A stretch of 64,000 bases of DNA, taken from assembly GCF_006345805.1 (NCBI RefSeq), contig NC_042998.1, forward strand, positions 121,644,001 to 121,708,000, in the 5' to 3' direction. This document shows positions 54,201-64,000 of this stretch, piece after piece. Below the pieces are notes generated by a model, which was not told the DNA's origin, ran no database searches, and saw only the letters and a list, made by a program, of their open reading frames with translations. The DNA comes from Octopus sinensis. Taxonomy: Eukaryota. A program made the position numbers and the translations under genes. The first letter of the stretch is position 1; the number at the start of each line of letters is the position of its first letter.

Positions 54201-54715
54201 CTAGTATCTATATATATAAAACTGTAGTTGTGTGAGTGTCTGTCCCCTTCGATTTAGATTCCTAACTGCTCCCACATTTTGCGGTGCAGTTTAACCAAAT
54301 TTGGGTATCTTATAGTCGTGATTCATATCGAGCTCGTCTGAGTATTAGCGCGCGTCTACGATGAGTCTACGATTTTAAAAATAATTTAACATTATTTTTT
54401 ATTCCATTTTAAAGCATAATTTTTCGTGTGTCGATGGCGGTGGAGTTGGCGTCCACGCTCACAGCTGCACCTGTTTGCTTCTCCCCTTTCCCTCCCTCGT
54501 GAAGCTGTGGGGAAGGGAGTGTACAGAAATCAACGTCGTAATGCGTTGTCAAGGAGACCAGCGTTCTTTTAGAACAACGACTTCATGGCTTGAAGACACC
54601 AAACAGAAATGGCTAAGAAAGCCCGAATTGGCATCTATAAGGGAAGTAACTCTCTAAAAATGCTTATATAGTTATTTCCCTTACAAACCCGAGCAACGCC
54701 AGGCGATACTGCTAG
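51207..54715 (+). mobile_element. Tandem array of six non-autonomous Helitron units: 51207-51716, 51717-52212, 52215-52310 (truncated), 53273-53674 (rearranged), 53699-54204, 54207-54715
   Basis: Each begins TCTATATATATAAAA; complete units end with hairpin CCCGAGCAACGCCGGG (CCAGG in the last unit), 8 nt, then CTAG; array flanked by A and T with no TSD. Confidence 0.9.
52311..53235. repeat. GC-rich 22-bp minisatellite, consensus GCGCATGCGCAGTCACACGTTC, about 42 units
   Basis: Unit read directly; about 18 perfect GCGCATGCGC by manual count; the long His/Ala/Arg ORFs are by-products of the repeat. Confidence 0.95.
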
Positions 54716-54984
54716 TTATTTATATTATTTAATTGAATGCCACTCATCCATTTCCAAGTATATGTATGTATGTATGTATGTATGTGTATTTGTGTTTGTC
54801 ACTGCTTGACAACTGATGTTGGTTTGTTTACATCTCCATAACTTATTGGTTTGACAGAATAAGTAGCAGCTTTAAAAAAAAAATTGTTCAACTAAAATGC
54901 TTCAATGTGGTGCTCCAGTATGGCCATGGTCTAATGACTGAAACAAGTAGAAGATAAAATATATGCAGCAGTATATATATATTC

Positions 54985-55193
54985 TTTTATTCCTTTACTT
55001 GTTTCAGTCATTTGACAGTGACCATGCTGGAGCACCACCTTAAAGAGTTTTAGGTAAAGTAATCGATCCCAAAACTTATTCATTGTAAGCCTAGTACTTA
55101 TTCTATCGGTCTTTTTTGCCAAACCATTAAATTATGTGGACATAAACACACCAGCATTAGTTGTCAATTGATTATGGTGGGTAACAAACACAG

Positions 55194-55229
<36 letters not shown>

Positions 55230-55386
55230 GACATATGACGAGCTTCTTCCAGTTTCCACCTACCAAATCCACTCACAAGGCTTTGGTTGACCTCAGGCTA
55301 TAGTACAAGACACTTGCCCAAGGTGCCACGCAGTGGGACTGAACTTAGAACCATGGTTGGGAAGCAAGCTTCTTACCACATAGCCA

Positions 55387-55390
<4 letters not shown>
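54985..55390 (-). mobile_element. SINE family A, tail-to-tail with a + strand 3' half-copy at 54760-54960
   Basis: ttacttgtttcagtcatttgac...cttaccacatagcc. Confidence 0.7.
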
Positions 55391-55442
<52 letters not shown>

Positions 55443-55445
<3 letters not shown>

Positions 55446-56130
55446 TCGTCATCATTGTTTAACGTCTGTTTTCCATGCTAGCATGGGCTAGACGGTTCAA
55501 CCGGGGTCTGGGAAGCCAGGAGGCTGCACCAGGCTCCAGTCTGATCTGGCAGTGTCTCTACAGCTGGAGCCTTTCCTAATGCCAACCACCCTGTGAGTGT
55601 AGTGGGAGCTTTTTACATGCCACCAGCACAGGGGCCAGAGGAGGCTGGCAACGGCCACGATCGGTTGGTAGTATTTACGTGCCACCGGCATGGACGCCAG
55701 TCAAGGTGGCACTGGCATCAATCACGTTTGGCTGGTGCTTTGGTGCTTTTTACATGCCACTGGTACTGGTATCACAACTACAGTTTCCATTTGATTTTTA
55801 TTTTGATGTTGATGTACTTGACTCAATAGGTCTCCTCAAGCACAGCAGGTTGCCCTACAATCCAAGGTAAGCACAGCAGGCCGTCCTGTAAGCCATGAAC
55901 TCAGTTCATTTGTCGGGTCTTCGCAGTCACAGCATATCTCCAGAGGTCTCGGTCTTTTGTCATTGCCTCTGTGAGGCCCAATGTTCGAAGGTCATGCTTG
56001 ACCACCTCATCCCATGTCTTCCTGGGTCTACCTCTACCCTAGATTCCTTCAACTGTTTGGGAGTGGCACTTCTTCACATATCTCTCCTCATCCATCCATA
56101 GTACATGACCATACCAATGCAAACATCTCT
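55443..56130 (-). mobile_element. RTE 3' fragment
   Basis: (CAT)n tail; CGVQKRCLHWYGHVLWMDEERYVKKCHSQTVEG. Confidence 0.8.
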
Positions 56131-56309
56131 TCTGCACGCCACATCCGATACTTTTTATGTCCAACACACACACATACACACACAATATACACCCACATAA
56201 GGTGTTTGGGCTTAATTTGACATGTTGCATAAGAGAAAAGAAAACAATATCCCATCCAAAAATAAAAGTATTTAAAAAAATCAAAAAATATCAACTAAAT
56301 TATGGCTAG

Positions 56310-56846
56310 GAAAAAGCAGTTTACTTCGAGTATCTGCCCTCAATTTCCACCACAATCTCAAGATATTTTGGGAACAAAGCACTTGTGTCCTTAACTGTGT
56401 CCCTGGGAAGATCTTTTAATACATTCTTGATTTTGTCCACCAGTTCAGCCTTGGTGTTGCAGGCAGAGCTGTTGGTGTCTTTCTCAACTGCACACCACAC
56501 ATAGTAATTCATGGGATTACAATTGGAGGAATTAGGAAGCCAAAAACTGGGGCTTGGTGAAGTCATTAAAATTCTCTGACAACCAGTTCCAACACTTTAA
56601 GGAGGTATGAGAAGGAACCAGATTCTGGTGCTACAAACATAGCCTTCTAGCAGCAACCCTCTTCAATGGAGGGTTGACCATAGTCTTCGGCAGCTTCACA
56701 TAGCTGTCTGAATTGAGCTTAAGACCTTGTTTAAAGATGTGGGGATGAATTCCAGCATGTAGATGCAGTTGGGATGTCTACTGTGTCTGTTAGCCACAGC
56801 TCTATAGTCTCCATTGCAGCTGTTTATGTCATGTTTTACAGCTTTT
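56310..56846 (-). pseudogene. Tc1/mariner-superfamily transposase C-terminal relic
   Basis: PHIFKQGLKLNSDSYVKL...WLSENFNDFT...FWLPNSSNCNPMNYYVWCAVEKDTN (decayed WPPNSPDxNPxDY motif). Confidence 0.7.
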
Positions 56847-57740
56847 ACTGATCCTTGGTGGACCCCAACCTCTACCCGGAATTCTTCACTGTACTCATTG
56901 CCAACCCTCACCTTATTGACAGCATTCCTGTACATGGCTCGCACAGCTCTCACTAAACATTCATCTATCCTTAGTTTCCTCATTGAACACCAGATAAGGG
57001 ATCGAAGGACCCTGTCAAAGGCTTTCTCCATGTCAATGAAAGCCAGGTACAGAGGTTTATCTTTGGCTAGGTATTTCTCCTGCAGCTGTCTTACCAGAAA
57101 TATAGCATCAGTGGTGCTTTTCCATGGCACGAACCCAAACTGCATCTCATTTAAACTGACTCTCTCCCTAATTAGTTGGGCTATGACCCTCTCCATGACC
57201 TTCATTACCTGATCCAACAACATGATACCTCTGTAATTATTTGTATCTAAAGTGTCACCTTTACCTTTGTAGCAGTTGACTATTATGCTGCTACACCAGT
57301 CATTGGGTATGACTCCTTCATGTATCACCTGGTTAACTATACGGGTGACTAGGTTACAGTCGACACCGCCAGATATTTTGAGCATCTCTGCAGTGATTCC
57401 TGATGGGCTGGGGATTTCCCTATCTTCATACTCTTAATTGCTTTATCTAGCAAGGTACTGTCAACTTGGATAGCTGGTCCCTCTTTTGAATTGACATTCG
57501 GCAGACTCTCTTTCTCCCATTCATTTTCTTTATTGAGCAACCTTTCATAGTGGCGTCTCCAAACCTCCCTCTTTGCAGCCTCATTTAGTGCAAGTGAACC
57601 ATCATCCATGCGGACACATTTCTCTCCTACAACATCATGATTCTCTCTCAAACACTGTCTTGCAACACAAAGTACCTCAAGTCTTTGATCCTCGTGGCGC
57701 AGAACATTGGCAAATTTTTTCTTATCTGCTTCCCCTCTGG
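56847..57740 (-). mobile_element. Internal RTE fragment (RT N-half)
   Basis: NYRGIMLL..KVMERVI..QFGFVP.KSTTDAIFLVRQLQEKY..AFIDMEKAFDRV..GVHQGS. Confidence 0.9.
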
Positions 57741-57769
57741 CTAAATAAACCTGTCTCCTAGCTTATACA

Positions 57770-58135
57770 TACATCTTTTATCTTTATTTGTTTCAATCTT
57801 GTGGACTATGGCCATGCTGGGGCACCGTCTTAAGTTGACTCCAGTGCTTACTTTTTGAGGTTGGTACTTATTCTGCTAGCTTCTTTTTACTGAGCTGCTT
57901 AGTTATGAAGATATAAACAAATCAACACCATTTAAGTGGCCATGGGCAACTAATACACACACACAGTTTCCCTCTACCAAATTGTTTTAGTTTCCATCTA
58001 CCAAATCCATTCACAAGGCTTTTGTTGATACAAGGCTGTAGTAGAAGATACTCACTGAAGGTGCCATGCAGTGGGACTGAAACCAAGACCATGTAGTTGG
58101 GAAGTAAGCTTTTTACTACACACCCATACATATAC
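57770..58135 (-). mobile_element. SINE family A, diverged
   Basis: ccaaatccattcacaaggc...gtgggactgaaacc reverse head. Confidence 0.6.
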
Positions 58136-58299
58136 ACCTATACATATACACAGATTCACACACACACACACACATATACACATAACATTCATATATAGAT
58201 ATATGTATAGATCAAGGTACAAGTGAAGATATAAACCTCAGAGGGATAAAAATATCCAAGATTAGACTGGTTGAATGCCTAACAAAGCAGGCACATACA

Positions 58300-58772
58300 T
58301 ATATAGTATTATTAATATTATACAAAACAAGAGAGAAGATGTAGATAGGATTAATAAAAGTTTATTAACATTAACAAGACCAGACCTACAATTGTTTCAA
58401 TCCATCACTTGTAGCATAAAAAATTAATAGAATTTTATTTAATTCAACTAAATTAATTTGGTTAATTACTACAAGTAAGATATTCTCACTTGTAGTAATT
58501 AACCAAATTAATTTAGTTAAATCAAATTAAATTCGGTCTCACTTGTAGTAATTAACCAAATAAATTTAGTAAAATTCTCATAGCAATTAACCAAATTAAA
58601 TTTGTAAATTGTAGTAATTAACCAGATTAACTTCGTTAAATTCAGTTAATTTTTATACTACGAGTAATGAATTGAAACAATTGTAAGTCTGGTCTTGTCA
58701 ATGTTAATAAACTTTTATTTATCTTATCTCCATCTTCTCTCTTGTTTTGTAAAATATTAATAATACTATATA
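58300..58772. repeat. Fold-back element: about 135-bp imperfect outer inverted arms, inner perfect 31-bp hairpin and tandem copies
   Basis: 58300-58436 pairs with 58638-58772; 58446-58476 is the exact reverse complement of 58488-58518. Confidence 0.85.
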
Positions 58773-58845
58773 TATATATATATAGGTGAGAGAGTAGGTA
58801 TGTGAAAGCACGTGGTTGGATGTATAAAAAATAATTTATTTTATG

Positions 58846-58881
<36 letters not shown>

Positions 58882-59072
58882 CATAAAATAAATTTCAGTT
58901 TCTATTTACCAAATTCACTCACAAGGCTTTGGTTGGCCTGAGGCTATGGTAGAACACACTTTCCAAAGGTACCACACAGTGAGACTGAACCTGCAACCAT
59001 GTGGTTTAAAAACAAGCTTCTTATCACAGAGCCATGCTTGCACCTATTTCATTTACTGGACATGCATATATA

Positions 59073-60329
59073 CAGGGTGTCCCCCCAAAATGTAAACACA
59101 CTTTAGCAGCTGATAACTCAACTGATGTTTTTTCTTTCCTGATGAAACCAATTGGAATTAATGATGGCAGTCAGACTAAGCTTTAAACAAAGGAAATTCA
59201 TTCTAAAATGCTACTAGAAGTGTGAAAATGCAGTTGAAGTGCAAAGACAGTTTAGGAGCGAGTTTCAAACAGATCCACCAACGCGACTCACCATCACTCA
59301 AATTAGAGATAAGTTTGAAGCTGATGGAACAGTTCAGAATGTTCACGAGAGGTGTTCCAGAGGACAATGATCATCGACAACCCCCACAAAGCAAGGAGTG
59401 CCGGAAACGTATCACCAAAGTTCAGGAAAATCTGTGCGGCAAGTGAGTCGTGGGGTAAGTATTTCAAAATCGTCTGTCCAACACATTTTGAAGTGTTGTC
59501 AATGGAAAAGTTATGTTCCAAGATTAGTCCATGCTATTTATGATGATGATCCAGACTGAAGAGTGCTGTATTTCAAGTGGTACTTGGCACGATGTGTAGA
59601 AGATGCACACTTTGCAACAAAGACTGTGTGGAGTGATGAGGCCACATTCAAATTAAATGGTTCAATTGCACCTACTGGAGACCTGAGAATCTGCATGTTA
59701 TGGTGGAACACCATGCTAATTTACCAGGAGTTACAGTGTGGTGTGGCTTATCATCAAGAGGATTGATTGGACCATTCTTTTTTGATGCTACTATGACTGG
59801 TCCTGTTCACTTGAACTTGTGGCAATAGTCTGTCATGCCAAGCATTAGAGAAGTCTTTGAAGATGAGGAGTTTTATTTTCAGCAAGATGAGGCACACAGC
59901 CATTGTGATGCTAGATCCTTCCTTGATGAGATCTTGCCAAACAGGTGGATTGGATGAAGGAGTTTTGTTGAATACCCTCCGTGTTTGCCAGACCTCACAC
60001 CACTAGATTTTTTTTTTATGGGGATATGGGGATACATAAAAGACAAAATCTATGCTATGAAACCTGCAACAGTCGCTGATTTGAGAGCAACTGTTGAATG
60101 AGAATGCACACAAATACCAAACAAACTGTTTTGTGATGTTTATGATTCAATTTGTTTTGCATTTTTGGCAGTGCCTGGACCAGAATGGACGTCAGTTTGA
60201 AAACAGGCATTGACAAAACAATAAAATAATGTCTGTAGATTCTATTAAATTTTGAAAATGAAATGTATTTTTATAAATACCTTCTTTACAATTATTTAAA
60301 GTGTGTATACATTTTTTGGTGACACTCTG
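59073..60329 (+). mobile_element. Full-length but decayed Tc1/mariner element (1257 bp)
   Basis: TA flanks; about 32-bp TIRs CAGGGTGTCCCCCCAAAATGTAAACACACTTT and CAGAGTGTCACCAAAAAATGTATACACACTTT; [15 protein letters not shown]...PDLTPLDFFLWG (39 residues between D2 and D3 in this copy); stops and frameshifts. Confidence 0.9.
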
Positions 60330-60331
60330 TA

Positions 60332-62280
60332 TAATAATAATAAAAACATTGTGTACAGTGCTCAGGTGTACTACAACTCATTTAAAGTGTATCTATAATC
60401 AGGTGTAGTTTTGGAGGATTTTGGAAAGCATGAGGGCCTTAAAGGATGCAGTGTCATGGCAGTCAACAACTGACGCAGGCAGTTTGTTCCATGCTTCAGC
60501 AACTCTGAGCGTGAAAAAATGTTTCCGAAAGTCATGGGAGCTGTGTTGTTTTCTGACTTTGTAGGCATGTCCACGTGTGTTGGACACATGGAGATCAAAA
60601 AGGTGTTCAGTGTGGTTGTTGGTGAGGTGATTGATAATTTTGTGGGTGTTTACCAAGTCCATCGCCAGATGCCGGAGCTTCAGTGAATCCATGCCCAGGG
60701 AAACAAGGCACTCAGAGTATGGTAGGTGTCTGATGGAGGGTATGCGTTTGGTTGCATGTCTCTGAACAGATTCCAGGAGGTCAATGTTCTGAGCAAGATA
60801 GGGGTTCCAAACTGATGATGCGAATTCCAAGTGTGGTCGTACCATAGCTTTAAATAAATGGCTGGAGAGCGGCTAACAAAAGTCTTGCTGAGTGATGCCA
60901 AGACACCCTCGGCCTTCTTGACAATTTTAGAGATATGCTTTGTCCAACGCAAATCACTGCTGACAGTGATGCCTAGGTCACGCTCACAAGAGGATTTCTT
61001 GATATCAATGTTGTGGAGGGAGTATGTGGACGCAGGGTTTTTTCTCCCAAAATGCATGGTGGTACACTTGTCCACAGCCAGTTTCAGTTGCCAGTCTGTG
61101 ATCCATTGCTGCATTGTGTCCAGGTCTGATTGCAGGAAAGAGCTGTAGACAACAGGATCTGTCCTCTTGATTTCAAGGTACAGCTTGATGTCGTCTGCAT
61201 ATTTCAATACTGTGGCATTCTTTAAATTGGCATCTATGTCATTAATGTATGCCACAAACAAGAGGGGACCAAGAACAGATCCCTGTGGTACACCCGATGA
61301 CATGGTGTAGAATGCTGTCCTAGAACTGTGACTACCTCCTTTCGGCTGAGAATGAAGGATTTCAACCAGTTAAAAAGATCATCCCTCACACCCATTGCAG
61401 AGAGTTTCACCATAAGCCTTTTGTGGCACAGAGTTGAAAGCCTTAGCAAAGTCAAGGTAGACAACATCCACCCATGAGCCACTGTCAGTGATCTGAGTAA
61501 TGTCCTCAAGGAACTCGACAAGCTGATCACTGCAGCTGGAGTTAGGGACAAATCCATATTGTGAGGGTCGGATGAGACTGTGAGAACTCCAGAGGTTCCA
61601 AAGTGTTTCTCTGACACATGATTCCATCAGTTTTGCAATACAGCTAGTGAGACTGACTGGGCGATAGTTGACAGGTGATGTGCGGTTGCCCTTTTTGAAC
61701 AGAGGAATGACACTGGCAGTTTTTCATTGCTCCGGAGTAGCACCATTGTTGAGACAGTACTGGAAAAAAATAGAAAGCTAGTGTAAAAGGAAGTACCTGC
61801 CACGTTTGAAAAGCAGGTATGTAACTCCATCAAGACCAGGGGAGGCATAGTTGCGCTTATTTTGAAGGTGACGTCGCAGCATTGCAGGTGTAAATTCCAT
61901 AGTTGTTATGGAGTTTGCTGTTAGAGATGGTGAAGATGGTACATTTTGATTTTCAACTGTGAATATGTTTGCATAGCACTTGGCAATGAGTTCTGCACAT
62001 TCCTTGGGATCGTCAGTGATCTGGTTTGTGTGAAGGTTGCGAAGAGGGCCCACTGGAGAGTGAGGTCTCTGCTTTGAATGCACATATTTCCAGAAAACCT
62101 TGCTGTCAGGATTGGCTGCTATGCACTGTTCAAATTCAAGCACTGCTTTTTTTGTCACTTGCTTGAGATGGTTGGAAGATTTATTCTGCTTTTTCCTGTT
62201 GGTGTCTGATTTATGCAACTTGTATTCCCGTTCAGCAGTCTGACGTTCCTTCCTGGCAAGTCGGACCGCTGAAGTTTCCC
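60332..62280 (-). mobile_element. 5'-truncated CR1-type LINE
   Basis: VDVVYLDFAKAF, SGVPQGSVLGPLLF, YADDIKLY, VRPHLEFASSVWNP, RGHAYK, RVAEAWNKLP; (TAT)n 3' tail; frameshifted. Confidence 0.92.
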
Positions 62281-62589
62281 AAATATATATTTGCTTACTA
62301 GCATGGAAGAACGGTCATAAAATTCTGATGATGATCACACTCAATGTATAATGAAGATATTGATTGGTATTAGCTTATATAAATGCAAATTGTCTATCTC
62401 TCACATATTTGCATGCTCACACAAATAAACACATGTGCAGATAAACGCATACACTGACACACATATTCATACACATATGCATAACATGCCCCATTTATTT
62501 CATTTATTTCATGCACCAAACTAGAATACCACTTGTAAGAATTTAAATAAGGGGGCACGTGTATATGTATGTGCACAAATATACATACA

Positions 62590-62830
<241 letters not shown>

Positions 62831-63089
62831 TACATTCAATTAGAAAAGTCGAAAAAATTAGATGGTTGTGTGAATAATGCATATTTTTTCAAATTGTCTG
62901 CCTATTAAGCTGTTCAGTAAATGAATAAATAAATAAATAAAATAAAATGAAAGAAATTAAGATAAAATAAATTCAGTGAAAGGAAAGGAGAAAGTATACA
63001 TGCATAACATACAAGCACACACCTAAACAAATGTACCTATACATGTGCACACATGTATACACACACAATGTACACACACACACACATGC

Positions 63090-63120
<31 letters not shown>

Positions 63121-64000
63121 GTATACTAGCTGGTGTACCTGGTAATTCCCGGGGGTAAAGATGTTCTGTTGAAATGCCTTATTACTCTGATATAAGAAAG
63201 CAATTTCATTATAACTGCCACAAAAGGTGTATTTTCCGCCATGAAAAAGTACAAAAAACTGTCAGCTTGAGGAGGGAGAGATTGTTGGAGGTTGGTGAGA
63301 GAGGTTTTTGCAGGTTGGCGAGAAAGATTATTGGAGGTTGGTGAGAGAGGTTATATAAACTTAAATGAAGTGTTTGAAGAAAGTGCAATAATAACGTTTA
63401 CACTCACTGATGGTTGCTCTCAGTAACTGCCTTTAGCTTATGGAGTTCTTGTTTTTATAACTATCAAAAAGCAGCCAGAAAGATAGACATATTGTTGAGA
63501 ACAAATGATTTTGTTGGAGGTCTGTTATCTCCATTCCAGCCAGTGGTGGTCTAGAAGAGGTTAGAAGGGTCACGCTGCAAAGGCATTATTCTGCTTAGTG
63601 AATGCATCTGGGAAATGTATAACTGCTGTCATTCACAGAAAACTATTGTTTTACCATAAGAAAAGCTCTGTTGAAGTGTTAAGTGAAATTTGGCAATTGA
63701 GGATTGAATCCATGCTATGCCTGCATGAAGCTACTACAAATATGTTGTGGAATAAAACATTTATCTACTGTCCACTAGGAGGAAACACAAGACAGATATG
63801 GTATTTTCACTCTTTTTACCATAAGTGAGGGTTTTTCTCCCCAGTAACTACAGTGAATTTGCCTTTAGAAGTTAAAATATGTCCCAAACATATTCTAATT
63901 AACTTAAAGTCCATTTATTCTGCATCACTGCTTTGTGCTGATGCTACTGCAATTTAATTTAATTTATTTCACTTTACATTCCTTTCACTTTCAGCATGAT

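Noticed and set aside
51475-54657. Recurring 60-96 aa ORF (LLPSLVKLWGRECKEINVVMRCQGDQRSF...)
   Set aside because: It lies inside each Helitron unit; ends and frames vary between copies and no domain is recognisable.
51207-54715. CRISPR-like or phage-like array
   Set aside because: Eukaryotic context, no unique spacers, and the units have Helitron termini.

Overview
AT-rich, transposon-dense animal genomic DNA with (TA)n, (CA)n and (CAT)n tracts. The SINE/RTE repeat repertoire is most consistent with an octopus or other coleoid cephalopod (inference). One complete protein-coding gene is clear: an 11-exon, 376-aa alpha-centractin/Arp1 (ACTR1A/B orthologue) on the + strand, 12842-42348, with all ten introns GT-AG. 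A hand-built 4-exon candidate gene (91 aa, unrecognised) lies on the - strand at about 43.5-49.6 kb, converging on ACTR1. The rest is mostly repeats: RTE, CR1-type and REL-type LINE fragments, a gypsy integrase plus 3' LTR, hAT, Tc1/mariner and Helitron relics, several SINE families and Penelope-like fold-backs. The most unusual structures are (i) six tandem non-autonomous Helitrons at 51207-54715 carrying an internal 22-bp satellite built on the NRF1-type palindrome GCGCATGCGC, (ii) a perfect 91-bp-arm palindrome in ACTR1 intron 2, and (iii) nested fold-backs containing hammerhead half-motifs. All coordinates and alignments were read by eye; no database searches were run.
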